A DNA stretch of 48,315 bases from an uncultured Clostridia bacterium. Its GTDB lineage: Bacteria; Bacillota; Clostridia; TANB77; CAG-508. The DNA lies in the NCBI GenBank assembly GCA_947628775.1, contig CANRBI010000004.1, positions 1-48,315 on the forward strand, given 5' to 3'. The position numbers and the translations under genes were made by a program. Position 1 is the stretch's first letter. Each line of letters begins with the position of its first letter. The notes beneath the pieces were generated by a model, which was not told where the DNA came from, made no database searches, and worked only from the letters and a program-made list of their open reading frames with translations. This document shows, one piece after another, positions 28,944-39,257 of the stretch.

Positions 28944-30002
28944 TTATTTTTGAATGTATATTGTTTTTGTGTCATATGCTAGTTCTACATTTTCTTTGTT
29001 TAGTAGTTGCATTAGTTGTTTGTTTATTATGTCTTCTATTTTTAAGAATTCTATGTAGTCTGATGTTGCTGTGTAACAGAATATGTTTATATTTATTCCA
29101 TTGCTTTCTATTTTGTTGAATTGTACTTCTACTGATTCTGATTTTATAAATCGATTGTTTCTTAGTAGGTCTTTAATTTTTTGTGTTATTTCTTCTATTT
29201 TTTGTATGCTTGTTTCTAGTGTGATTAGTAGGTCACATTCGTATCTTCTATTTTCTATTTTGCTGTAGTTTATTATTGCTCCTTCTGATATTTTGCTGTT
29301 TGGTATTGTTACTAATGTGTTGTCTAGTGTTTTCATTCGTACTGCTCTGAATGTGATGTCTTCTACTGTTCCAGTGTGTTCTGCTACTTGTATGAAGTCT
29401 CCTACTATGAATGGTTTGTCAAATAGTAGAACTACTCCACTACATAGGTTTTTGGCTATGTCTTGTGCTGCTAGTGCTAGTACTACACTTCCTAGTCCTA
29501 GTCCTGTTATTATTCCACTTAGATTGTAGCCAAATTCATATGCTATCATGAATCCTGCTATTATATATATTACGTATCTTATTAGTTTTCCAATGAAACT
29601 GCTTACTTTTTCGTTTGCATTTATATGGTTGCTTTTTTTGATTCTTTTCATTATTTGTGCTTTTGGTGTTAGCATGTTTGATAGTCCATTTGCTATTATG
29701 GCTATTAGTATTGATTTTTCTATTTTTATTATTAGTGCCATTGTTTCGGCTTTTAATCCTAAGCATGTTATTGCTATGTGGGCTCCTAATAAGATTACTG
29801 CGTATTTTATTGGTTTGTATAAACCATGTTCTTTTATTCTTTTTTCTTTTTGCTTCATATTAAATATTTTTATGATGATATATGATATTCCAGAACTAAA
29901 AATTTTAAATAATATGAATATACATATTGCTATTATTATGTCAAGTATTTGTTCACTTTGAATGTTTTGGATGTATTGGATTAGTTCGATTAGTTTGTTC
30001 AT
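28944..30002 (-). CDS. MscS family mechanosensitive channel
   Basis: GLGLGSVVLALAAQD..N..SG..LFDKPF.VGD, GTVEDI, TIPN. Confidence 0.92.
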   Translation of the reverse strand: MNKLIELIQYIQNIQSEQILDIIIAICIFILFKIFSSGISYIIIKIFNMKQKEKRIKEHGLYKPIKYAVILLGAHIAITCLGLKAETMALIIKIEKSILIAIIANGLSNMLTPKAQIMKRIKKSNHINANEKVSSFIGKLIRYVIYIIAGFMIAYEFGYNLSGIITGLGLGSVVLALAAQDIAKNLCSGVVLLFDKPFIVGDFIQVAEHTGTVEDITFRAVRMKTLDNTLVTIPNSKISEGAIINYSKIENRRYECDLLITLETSIQKIEEITQKIKDLLRNNRFIKSESVEVQFNKIESNGININIFCYTATSDYIEFLKIEDIINKQLMQLLNKENVELAYDTKTIYIQK

Positions 30003-30018
30003 GTTTTCCTCCTATTTA

Positions 30019-30906
30019 TTAGATTTCTATTAATTCATAGTTTGTTGTTCCTAGTCCTATTGATTCTGCATATTCTAAGATATGTCTTCCTTCTAAACTG
30101 TCTATTCTGTTTTGTAGGTCTTTTTCTCTTGGTTCTGTTGAGTTCCATATCATGTCAATAAATGCTTGGTCATTTGCTACTGGGTCTAGTGATGCTACTA
30201 TTCCTATATCTGACATAATTGGGTCTCCTTGGTTTCTGTCACAGTCACAGTCTAGTGATATTGCATTCATTACTGTTATGTTAATTATTTTTTTGTTTTG
30301 TTTTTCTAAATAGTCTGTTACTGATTTTGCTGCTTCTGCCATTGCTTCTATGAAGTCTGTTTGTTTTACTTTTCCCATAAATGCCATTATTGTATTTTCT
30401 GTTCTTCCTTCTGAGTGAATGTATGCTTTTCCTTTGCTTGATGCTATTCCTATTGCTTGGTTTTTTAGGTTTGCGCCGAATCCTCCCATTGCATGTCCTT
30501 TTCCATGTGCTAAATTTAATATGGAGTCGTATTTTTCTATGTTTTTTCCTACTAGATTATATTTTAGGTGTTTTCCGTTGTTTATTGGTATTTTTATTTC
30601 TCCTTCTGCATCCATGATATCTACTTCACTAATTTGTGTGAATCCGTGTTGTTCTGCTACTTTTAGGTGATTTTTTGCTTTTGATCTTTTTCCTGGATAT
30701 GCTGTATTACATTCGATTATTGTTCCGTTTATTTTGTTTATTAGTGGTGCTATTAGTTCTTTTTTTAGGTAGCCTTTTGAGCCTGCTTCTCCTGTTGATA
30801 CTTTTACTCCTATTTTTCCTTCTAGTTTTACTCCTATTGCTTCATATATGTTTATTAGTGATTCGGGTGTTATTGTTTTGGTGAAGTATACTTTTGATTT
30901 TGGCAT
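30019..30906 (-). CDS. DUF362 domain (Fe-S) protein
   Basis: SKVYF, VKVSTGE, ECNTAYPG.R, HGKGHAMGGFGANLKN, CDC, DIGIVASLDPVA.DQA. Confidence 0.8.
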   Translation of the reverse strand: MPKSKVYFTKTITPESLINIYEAIGVKLEGKIGVKVSTGEAGSKGYLKKELIAPLINKINGTIIECNTAYPGKRSKAKNHLKVAEQHGFTQISEVDIMDAEGEIKIPINNGKHLKYNLVGKNIEKYDSILNLAHGKGHAMGGFGANLKNQAIGIASSKGKAYIHSEGRTENTIMAFMGKVKQTDFIEAMAEAAKSVTDYLEKQNKKIINITVMNAISLDCDCDRNQGDPIMSDIGIVASLDPVANDQAFIDMIWNSTEPREKDLQNRIDSLEGRHILEYAESIGLGTTNYELIEI

Positions 30907-31080
30907 ATGGTTTTACCTCTCTTTTTTTTGTATATTTTATCATATATTTTTTTATTTTACAACTTGAACTTGTGCAATTTTTGCATAAGTTGATTTTTGT
31001 TATATAATAAGAACCTGATTCTACTTTGCAATCAAAGATTGCAGTGGGTATTCCCAGAATCTTGTTGTCCTTGACAATAA

Positions 31081-31116
31081 AAATAAGTGAAAAGATTTTT
31101 ATCTCCTCACTTATTT
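31081..31116 (-). terminator. Terminator after valS
   Basis: AAATAAGTGA...TCACTTATTT stem with a U-tract on the minus strand. Confidence 0.6.
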
Positions 31117-31149
31117 ATAATTTTTGTGTCATGTCGTTTAGATAGAATT

Positions 31150-33792
31150 TCATTTTTTATTATCTAATTGTCTTATTCTCATTTCAATATTATTTAATCT
31201 TTCTGTATATTCTTTTTTTCTTTCTTTTATTTCTTTGACTTTTTGCGTAGGAGCTTTATTTATAAATCCATCATTATTTAGCATATTGTCTACTCTTTCC
31301 ATTTCGATTAATAATTTTTCTTTTTCCTTAGTAATTCTTGCAATTTCCTCTTTGATGTCTATTAATTCTTCAAAAGGAATAAATATTTCTAAATTTGAAG
31401 ATAGAACACTTATTGAATTTTGAGGTATATCTATTTTATCCTTTTTTATAATTATTTTATCTGCAAAACCTAGTTTCTTCAGAAATTCACTAGATTGCTT
31501 AATTTCATTTTCATATATATTTGTGACAATTATAAGTTTTGCTTTCTTAGAAGGGTGTACATTCATTTTAGCTCTTACATTTCTAATTTCTGTAATAACT
31601 TTTTTTATCTCTTCTATATAGTTTTCTGCAGATATATCTTTTTGTTTTTCATTATATTTTGGAAATTCACTTATCATAATACTTTTAGAATTGTTATTTA
31701 TTGATTTATAAATTTTCTCTGTAACAAATGGCATAAATGGATGCAATAACTTCAAAGAATCTTCTAACACTGTTTTTAGTATGAATTGTGCTGTTTCTCT
31801 TGATTTATTTTCTTTATCATATAACCTTGTTTTTACAATCTCTACATACCAATCGCAAAATTCATTCCATATAAACTCATAAATGTTGTCCAATGCAACT
31901 CCTAAATTATATTCCTCCATATTTGCATAAACGTCTTTTATCAAATTATTTAACTTTGATAATATCCATTTATCTTCAATCATTAAGTTTGGTGTTTTTA
32001 AATCATCATTATAATCTTCAATATTCATTAAAACAAATTTTGATACATTCCAAATTTTATTCCCAAAATTTTTTGCAGCCTCTAATTTTTCAGGCAAAAA
32101 TCTCATATCATTTCCTATTGAATTACCTGAAATCAAAGAAAATCTCAAAGCATCTGCTGAATATTTATCTACTATTTCTAATGGATCTATTCCATTTCCT
32201 AATGATTTAGACATTTTTCGTCCTTGACTATCTCTTACAATTCCATGTATAAGAATATCTTTAAAAGGCACTGTTCCTGTTTGCTCAATTGCAGAAAACA
32301 TCATTCTAACAATCCAGAAAAATATTATATCATATCCTGTAACTAATGTATTTGTAGGATAAAAAATTTTTAAATCATCTGTTTTTTCTGGCCATCCAAG
32401 TGTTGAAAAAGGCCATAATGCTGAACTAAACCATGTATCTAAAGTATCTTGATCCTGTGTTAATTCTTTTGCTCCACATTTTTCACACTGAGTTGCTTTT
32501 CCTACATTTACATTTACGTGACCACATTTATCGCAATAATATACAGGTATTTGATGTCCCCACCAAATTTGTCTTGATATACACCAATCTTGTATATTTT
32601 CTAACCAGTTAAAATATGTTTTTTCAAATTTCTGTGGTATAAATTTTGTTTTTCCATTTTTAACAGCTTCGATTGCTGGTTTTGCTAGTTCCTTCATAGA
32701 AACAAACCATTGCTCAGATATTCTAGGTTCAATTATTGTTTTACATCTATCATGTTTTCCAACATTATGTGTTAATTTTTCTAGTTTAACCAAGTCCCCT
32801 GTTTCTTCTAATTTTTTTACAATTAGATTTCTAGCTTCCATTATATCTAGTCCCTTATATTCTGGTACTAAATCATTCATTTTGTTTTCTTCATCAAATA
32901 CTTCTATTATTTCTAATTTATGTCTTTGTCCAACTTGATAATCATTAATATCATGTGCTGGTGTAATTTTTACACAACCTGTACCAAATTCAATTTCAAC
33001 ACTTTCATCTGCAACTATTGGTATTTCTTTATTCATAATAGGCAAAATACATTTTTTCCCTATCAAGTCCTTATATCTATCATCATTTGGATTAACAGCA
33101 ACTCCTGTATCTCCAAGCATTGTTTCAGGTCTAGTTGTTGCAACTACAATGTATCTATTATCTCCTACAATTTTATATCTTATATACCATAAATTTGTTT
33201 CTTCTTCTTCATATTCAACTTCTGCATCAGATATAGTTGTTTTACAACAAGAACACCAATTTATCATTCTTTTTCCTTTATATATTAAGCCTTTGTCGTA
33301 TAAATTTTTAAATACAGTAAGTACAGCTTTTGATAATCCTTCATCTAAAGTAAATCTTGCATGCTCCCAATCTGCTGAACAGCCTATTCTTTTCTGTTGT
33401 TTTACAATTGTTCCACCATATTCCTTAGTCCATTTCCATGCCTCTTCTAAGAATTTTTTTCTTCCAATATCATGTTTATTTATTCCCTCTTTTTTTAACT
33501 TTTCTACAATTTTTACTTCAGTAGAAATTGCAGAATGGTCTGTTCCTGGAACCCATAATGTATTAAATCCCTGCATCCTTTTATATCTAATTAAAATATC
33601 TTGTATTGTTCCATCTAATGCATGTCCCATATGTAACTTTCCTGTTACATTTGGAGGTGGCATCATTATACAATATGATTCTTTTGTTTTGTCATTGTTA
33701 GGTTTAAAATACCCATTTTCTTCCCATTCTTTATATATTTTTTCTTCAAATTCTTTTGGATTATATATCTCTTCTAATTTTTCTTTTTGCAA
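31150..33792 (-). CDS. valS: Valine--tRNA ligase
   Basis: PPPNVTGKLHMGH, ATTRPETMLGD, WCISRQIWWGH, KMSKS, C-terminal coiled coil; TTG start. Confidence 0.97.
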   Translation of the reverse strand: MQKEKLEEIYNPKEFEEKIYKEWEENGYFKPNNDKTKESYCIMMPPPNVTGKLHMGHALDGTIQDILIRYKRMQGFNTLWVPGTDHSAISTEVKIVEKLKKEGINKHDIGRKKFLEEAWKWTKEYGGTIVKQQKRIGCSADWEHARFTLDEGLSKAVLTVFKNLYDKGLIYKGKRMINWCSCCKTTISDAEVEYEEEETNLWYIRYKIVGDNRYIVVATTRPETMLGDTGVAVNPNDDRYKDLIGKKCILPIMNKEIPIVADESVEIEFGTGCVKITPAHDINDYQVGQRHKLEIIEVFDEENKMNDLVPEYKGLDIMEARNLIVKKLEETGDLVKLEKLTHNVGKHDRCKTIIEPRISEQWFVSMKELAKPAIEAVKNGKTKFIPQKFEKTYFNWLENIQDWCISRQIWWGHQIPVYYCDKCGHVNVNVGKATQCEKCGAKELTQDQDTLDTWFSSALWPFSTLGWPEKTDDLKIFYPTNTLVTGYDIIFFWIVRMMFSAIEQTGTVPFKDILIHGIVRDSQGRKMSKSLGNGIDPLEIVDKYSADALRFSLISGNSIGNDMRFLPEKLEAAKNFGNKIWNVSKFVLMNIEDYNDDLKTPNLMIEDKWILSKLNNLIKDVYANMEEYNLGVALDNIYEFIWNEFCDWYVEIVKTRLYDKENKSRETAQFILKTVLEDSLKLLHPFMPFVTEKIYKSINNNSKSIMISEFPKYNEKQKDISAENYIEEIKKVITEIRNVRAKMNVHPSKKAKLIIVTNIYENEIKQSSEFLKKLGFADKIIIKKDKIDIPQNSISVLSSNLEIFIPFEELIDIKEEIARITKEKEKLLIEMERVDNMLNNDGFINKAPTQKVKEIKERKKEYTERLNNIEMRIRQLDNKK

Positions 33793-33806
33793 AGTGTATT
33801 CCTCCT

Positions 33807-35414
33807 TTATTCTGTTTTTTCAATATATGCATAATGTAAATAGTATCCTCCTAATGGACTAATGTATGCATCTTTTAAATGTTCATTTACTAATATTTTT
33901 TGTACATACCAATATATAGGGCATATTGGTAATTCATCAAGTATTATTTCTTCTGCTCTTTCTATCGATTGCAATCTTAAATTTTCATCAGTAGTTGATG
34001 TAATAATAGATATAAGTTTATCATATTCTTCATTGCTCCAACCAGAGAAATTTAATGTTCCACCAGTTACCCATCCATCTAAAAATGTTAAAGGATCATC
34101 ATAATCAGCAATTTGTCCATTTCTTGCGACAGTATAGTCTTTATTAGTAAGAATTTGTGATAAAGTAGACCATTCTACATTTTTAATTGTAACATTTATT
34201 CCTAAATTTTCTTTTAAATCATGTTGTATTGCTTCTGCAATTTTTTTATGTTCCTCACTTGTATTGAAAACAATTTCAATAGATGGGAAGTTTTCGCCGT
34301 TCGGATATCCTGCTTCGGCTAATAGTTTTCTTGCTTCTTCTATATTAGCATTTTTATTAAGTGATGTAACATTTGAAATTTCTCTGTAATTATTTTCACC
34401 AACCTTTATACCGTCAGGAATATAAGCTACTGCTTCTTTCTCTCCAGCTTTTGTTACACTATTTACTATATATTCCCTATCAATTGCTAAACTAAATGCT
34501 TTTCTAACTTTAACATCATTAAATGGTTCTTTAGTAGTATTAAAATTATAATAATATGTAGATAAATATGGTGAAATATTCATACTGCCATTTTCAATTA
34601 ACCTAGATACATCTTCTGGTGGATATGCAGCATCATTTATATCCAATTGTCCAGATTCAAAAGCATTTAAACCTGCTACATAATCATCAATTAATAAGAA
34701 TTCAATTTCACTCGTTTTTATACTGTTTTTATCCCAATAATTTTCATTTTTTTCCATTATAATTTTAGAACCATGTATCCATTCCTTTAGTTTAAAAGCT
34801 CCATTTGATACATAAGTGTTAGCATTTTGCGTCCATTTTCCATCTTTATCTACAATATCTTGTCTTACTGGCATAAGGTTTTCATAGCACAACATTGTCA
34901 AAAAGTAGCTAGTTGGTCTTTCAAGTGTTACTTGAAAAGTTTTATCATCTAATGCTACTATACCTACATCATCTTGTGAACAGTTACCTTTGTTATATTT
35001 CTCAGCATTTTTTACAAAATATAATTTATATGCTACTTCACTTGCTGTTTCGGGGTTTAATAGTCTTTTCCAAGCAAATTCAAAATCTTTTGCTGATACT
35101 TCTTTTCCATCCGACCATTTCGCATCTCTAATGTAGAATGTATATTGTGTTTCTGTTTCATCTATATCCCATTTTTCTGCCATACCTGGTATTACATTTC
35201 CATCTTTATCTATTCTTGTTAATCCTTCAAACATATGCCTCATATACACTCTACAGTCTATTGTAGAACCAATTTGTGGATCTATTGATACTGGTTCTGG
35301 ACCAACTGTAGCAACGATTTTTGAATTTTCGTCATTTTTGTTATTAAATATAGCTACTCCAATTATAGCAAATATAATAAATACTATTATTAACCAAATA
35401 ATTATTTTTTTCAT
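33807..35414 (-). CDS. oppA: Oligopeptide ABC substrate-binding protein
   Basis: SIDP, FEGL, KWSDG..V.AKDFEFAWKR, SNGAFKL, VRKAFSLAIDR. Confidence 0.9.
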   Translation of the reverse strand: MKKIIIWLIIVFIIFAIIGVAIFNNKNDENSKIVATVGPEPVSIDPQIGSTIDCRVYMRHMFEGLTRIDKDGNVIPGMAEKWDIDETETQYTFYIRDAKWSDGKEVSAKDFEFAWKRLLNPETASEVAYKLYFVKNAEKYNKGNCSQDDVGIVALDDKTFQVTLERPTSYFLTMLCYENLMPVRQDIVDKDGKWTQNANTYVSNGAFKLKEWIHGSKIIMEKNENYWDKNSIKTSEIEFLLIDDYVAGLNAFESGQLDINDAAYPPEDVSRLIENGSMNISPYLSTYYYNFNTTKEPFNDVKVRKAFSLAIDREYIVNSVTKAGEKEAVAYIPDGIKVGENNYREISNVTSLNKNANIEEARKLLAEAGYPNGENFPSIEIVFNTSEEHKKIAEAIQHDLKENLGINVTIKNVEWSTLSQILTNKDYTVARNGQIADYDDPLTFLDGWVTGGTLNFSGWSNEEYDKLISIITSTTDENLRLQSIERAEEIILDELPICPIYWYVQKILVNEHLKDAYISPLGGYYLHYAYIEKTE

Positions 35415-35455
35415 TTTAAAACATCTCCTTTTTACTTATAATTTACATATTTTGA

Positions 35456-36202
35456 TTAAAAATTAATTAATATTTTTGTATACGCTTGAACGGATTTATT
35501 AAAAATCATTCCTACTTCACCTTCTTCCACTATTTTTCCTTCTTTCATTATAACTATTCTATTACATAGTTGTTTAGCTAGGTGTATATTATGAGTTATA
35601 AAGATTATTGTGATTTTATAATTTTGAGCATATTTTTTAATTAATTCTATAATATTATATTGATTTATTACATCAAGAGCAGAAGTTATTTCATCACATA
35701 TTAATACCTTGGGACAAGATATTAATGCTCTAGCAATAGCAACTCTCTGGCATTGTCCTCCACTTAACTGATATGGCTTTCTGTAATAATATTCTTCATC
35801 TAATTCAACATACTTTAGCATATTTTTAACTCTAGTTTTTATTTCATCTTTGCTTTTAATTTTAAAAATTAATGGTTCTGCTATTATATCAGATATTCTC
35901 ATTTTAGGATTAAGGCAACCTGTCATATTTTGAAAAATGACATTAATATTCTTTTTTAGTTTTTTTCTTGTTTTATCATTCATAATCATATTTTCAAAGT
36001 AAATGTTCCCTTCATCTTGTTTTTCAATACCAAGAATAATCTTAGCTAATGTACTTTTTCCACACCCACTTTCTCCAATTATTCCAATAATATCGTTCTG
36101 ATAAATTTTCAATGAGATATTATCATTCACCAATTCTTTTTTATTTCTTTTATAATAGTATTTAGTTATATTTTTCAATTCTAGTTCTACTTTTTCTTCC
36201 AT
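35456..36202 (-). CDS. Peptide/nickel ABC ATPase (OppF-like)
   Basis: GESGCGKS, LSGGQCQR, ICDE, ITH. Confidence 0.9.
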   Translation of the reverse strand: MEEKVELELKNITKYYYKRNKKELVNDNISLKIYQNDIIGIIGESGCGKSTLAKIILGIEKQDEGNIYFENMIMNDKTRKKLKKNINVIFQNMTGCLNPKMRISDIIAEPLIFKIKSKDEIKTRVKNMLKYVELDEEYYYRKPYQLSGGQCQRVAIARALISCPKVLICDEITSALDVINQYNIIELIKKYAQNYKITIIFITHNIHLAKQLCNRIVIMKEGKIVEEGEVGMIFNKSVQAYTKILINF

Positions 36203-36222
36203 AAAATTTTCCCTTTATATAT

Positions 36223-36990
36223 TTAATAAATAGTAGCAGTTTTTATTAAATTTTTGGTATATGACGTCTGTGGATTGTCTATTATTTTCTCTGTTATACC
36301 TTGTTCTATAATCTCTCCATCTTTTATAATAACAATTTTATTGCAAAATTCTTTAACCAAATTTATATTATGTGTAATAAACAATAAAGTAAAATGTTGT
36401 TTTTGTTTTTCTTTTAAAATTAAGTTTATAATATTCTTTTGCGTTATAACATCTAGTGATGAAGTAACCTCATCACATATTAAAATTTCTGGCTTTTTTT
36501 CTAGCATAATTCCAAGAGCTAATCTTTGCAACATTCCTCCACTTAATTCATAAGGATACTTTTTCAAAACTTCTTTAGGATTTTTAATTTCCATTTCTTT
36601 AAGTATTCTAATCTTTGTATCATCATTTCTATCAGAAATATTATTTGCTTTAAATACATCATTTATAAAGTTTTTTATTTTTATTGTTTCACTAAACGAT
36701 TGCATTGGATTTTGCAAAACAATACTAATATAACGTTTATCAATGCCTTGTTTTAAATCTAATACTCTACCGTTAAAGGTAATTTCTCCCTCAATTTCAC
36801 TTAAATTATTAGGTAAAATGCCACATAGTGTTTTTGCAAGAACAGTTTTTCCACTACCACTTTTACCAATAATAGCAATTGTATCATTTTTTTCAATATT
36901 AATATTAATATTTTGTAATGCTTTTACTATATTTTTATTTACAATAAAATTAACATTTAGATTTTTTATTTTTAAAAAATCTTCTTTCAT
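36223..36990 (-). CDS. Peptide/nickel ABC ATPase (OppD-like)
   Basis: GKSGSGKT, YPYELSGGMLQR, ICDE. Confidence 0.9.
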   Translation of the reverse strand: MKEDFLKIKNLNVNFIVNKNIVKALQNININIEKNDTIAIIGKSGSGKTVLAKTLCGILPNNLSEIEGEITFNGRVLDLKQGIDKRYISIVLQNPMQSFSETIKIKNFINDVFKANNISDRNDDTKIRILKEMEIKNPKEVLKKYPYELSGGMLQRLALGIMLEKKPEILICDEVTSSLDVITQKNIINLILKEKQKQHFTLLFITHNINLVKEFCNKIVIIKDGEIIEQGITEKIIDNPQTSYTKNLIKTATIY

Positions 36991-37019
36991 AGTAATACCT
37001 TTCCTTTAAAGATGATTTT

Positions 37020-37862
37020 TTACTGTATTTCTTCACTTGTTATCTTTTTTCTTAAAGATTCAGTTAAAATAGTAATCAATAGCATTATAGTAATTACTAA
37101 AATACTTGTATATATAATTGTCTGAGGTTGTGAGTATAGCATTCCTGTCCCCTCATATATTAAACTACCCCAACTCGGTATAGGTGCATTTATTCCTATT
37201 CCAATAAAACTTAAAAAAGATTCTGTAAATATAGCTGTTGGTATTTGCAATATTGTAATTATTACAATTGTGTGTAATGAATTTGGAATAATGTGTTTTA
37301 ATAGTAAATACCACTTTTTACTACCTATTGCTGTAGAATAAGTAAAATATTCTTGATTTTTTATATGTATAACTTCTGCTCTTATTGTCCTTGCCATCTT
37401 AAACCAGCATGTCGTTCCCATAGCAATTAATATATTTATTATATCCTTGTTGTCTCCAAATTTATCTAAAAATAAATTTTGACATAACATAACTATAAAT
37501 ATGACATATATTATTTGTGGTATGCTCATTAGAATATCTAAAATTCTCATCATTATCCAATCAATTTTACCTCCACATATTCCAGATATGCTTCCATAAA
37601 TAGTTCCTATAATTATATTTATTAAGCTGGTACTAATTCCTACTAATAGAGAAATTCTTGTTGCGTACATTAATCTAACAAATAAATCTCTTCCTAAATA
37701 ATCTGTCCCTAGCAAATGATTTATTGATGGTTCTTGTAGCTCTTCACCTCTTAATTGCTCATCAAATCTATATGGAGATATTATTGGAATTATTATAGCT
37801 AAAATTATTATGAAAGATAAGATTAGGGTTACAAATAATATTTTTTTATTAATATTTTTCAT
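37020..37862 (-). CDS. Peptide ABC permease (OppC-like)
   Basis: HLLGTDYLGRD, RISL, KHIIPN, ESFLSFIG, PSWG. Confidence 0.9.
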   Translation of the reverse strand: MKNINKKILFVTLILSFIIILAIIIPIISPYRFDEQLRGEELQEPSINHLLGTDYLGRDLFVRLMYATRISLLVGISTSLINIIIGTIYGSISGICGGKIDWIMMRILDILMSIPQIIYVIFIVMLCQNLFLDKFGDNKDIINILIAMGTTCWFKMARTIRAEVIHIKNQEYFTYSTAIGSKKWYLLLKHIIPNSLHTIVIITILQIPTAIFTESFLSFIGIGINAPIPSWGSLIYEGTGMLYSQPQTIIYTSILVITIMLLITILTESLRKKITSEEIQ

Positions 37863-37874
37863 TACACACCTTTT

Positions 37875-38792
37875 TTATTCTATATTTGTTTTTGGATTTA
37901 AAATTTTGCATATAATATCTGTTAAAAAATTAAATATTACCATTAATATTGTAAAGAATAGAGTTAGTCCTAATATTACTGTATAATCTCTATCTAATAC
38001 ACTAACAATAAAATATCTTCCTATTCCAGGTATTCCAAATGTTTTTTCAACAACAAAACTTCCCGTCAAAATGCTTACTGCTAAAGGACCTAGATAATTT
38101 AATAATGGAACACACGCATTTTTTAATGCATATTTATATAATATTTTACTATATGGGATTCCTGAAACTTTTAGCATAACAATATAGTCTTTTTTTAATT
38201 CTTCAGTCATACTATTCTTTATTAATTGAAAAATAATTGCACTAGGATATAATGCTAATATAATAATGGGCAAAATCATTGTAGTCCAGTCGTCTGCTAC
38301 AAATGATGGCATCCATTTCAATTTCACACAAAATATATATTGGAATAAAATTGCAATAATAAATTCTGGTATAGATGCTATTATTATACTTGATGTTTTA
38401 CATATTGAACTTACAACTTTTTTTTGATTTGTTGCCACCAAAATACCTAGAGGTATGGCCACAATCAAACTAAGTATTAAAGCTATTCCTCCAATAATCA
38501 GAGATACTGGCAAATGAGCATATATAATTTCATTTACTGTTCTACCATTATTCCTTATTGATAATCCTAAATCTCCATGTGTAATATTGTAAAAATAGAT
38601 ACCTATTTGCTCATTTAGAGATTTATCTAGACCATACTTATTTATAATATTTTGTTTTATATTTTCAGGTAAATTTGCATGTGAGGATAATGGTGTGCCT
38701 GGTATTATATGAATAATAGAAAAAACAATAATAGCAACAATTATTATTGTAAAAATTCCTCCTATAAGTCTTTTTATTATAAATTTTATCAT
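37875..38792 (-). CDS. Peptide ABC permease (OppB-like)
   Basis: MIKFIIKRL, YGLDK, GDLGLS, KYALKNA, GSFVVE..FGIPGIG, RDY. Confidence 0.9.
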   Translation of the reverse strand: MIKFIIKRLIGGIFTIIIVAIIVFSIIHIIPGTPLSSHANLPENIKQNIINKYGLDKSLNEQIGIYFYNITHGDLGLSIRNNGRTVNEIIYAHLPVSLIIGGIALILSLIVAIPLGILVATNQKKVVSSICKTSSIIIASIPEFIIAILFQYIFCVKLKWMPSFVADDWTTMILPIIILALYPSAIIFQLIKNSMTEELKKDYIVMLKVSGIPYSKILYKYALKNACVPLLNYLGPLAVSILTGSFVVEKTFGIPGIGRYFIVSVLDRDYTVILGLTLFFTILMVIFNFLTDIICKILNPKTNIE

Positions 38793-38971
38793 TTATAAAT
38801 CTCCTAATATTAATATAATAAAGTATATATTTTTCTATAAGTTACTCCTTATTAATTTTTTACAATTTTATCACATTATTCAATAAAAATCAAATTTTAT
38901 ATTTCCATAACGCAGGAAGTTGGTTCGTTACACAATAAAAAAGGACACCTTTTGGCGTTCCCCCTTTAATT

Positions 38972-38998
38972 TTATAAGAACTCTGTCATTATCCTCAT
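38972..38998 (-). pseudogene. Possible stub of a PIN-family toxin gene (MRIMTEFL*)
   Basis: ATG 1 nt after the antitoxin stop; MRIM resembles the MRIMxDTN start of PIN toxins. Confidence 0.35.
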
Positions 38999-38999
38999 A

Positions 39000-39257
39000 T
39001 TATTTTGATTTTTTCTCCCTTCTAAACTCTTTTATCATTTCTGCAACATCTTTTTCATCCTTTAATCCTAATCTTTCGGCCTCTCCCTTAAATGCTTTTC
39101 TTGCTTTATCTATTGCAAGTGATACAGGATTTACTAAGATATAACTTCCATCTTTTTCTATGAAGGCAACCTTATCACCATCCTTTAGATTTAAATCTTT
39201 TCTTATTGATATTGGTAGTGTTATTTGACCTTTTGTAGTTATTTTTGCTAATTCCAT
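39000..39257 (-). CDS. AbrB/MazE/SpoVT family antitoxin-like DNA-binding protein
   Basis: MELAKITTKGQITLPISIRKDLNLKDGDKVAF. Confidence 0.9.
   Translation of the reverse strand: MELAKITTKGQITLPISIRKDLNLKDGDKVAFIEKDGSYILVNPVSLAIDKARKAFKGEAERLGLKDEKDVAEMIKEFRREKKSK

Noticed and set aside
38900-38970. GC-richer stretch with a small hairpin as a possible att or dif site
   Set aside because: No second copy in the window and no convincing match to a dif consensus.
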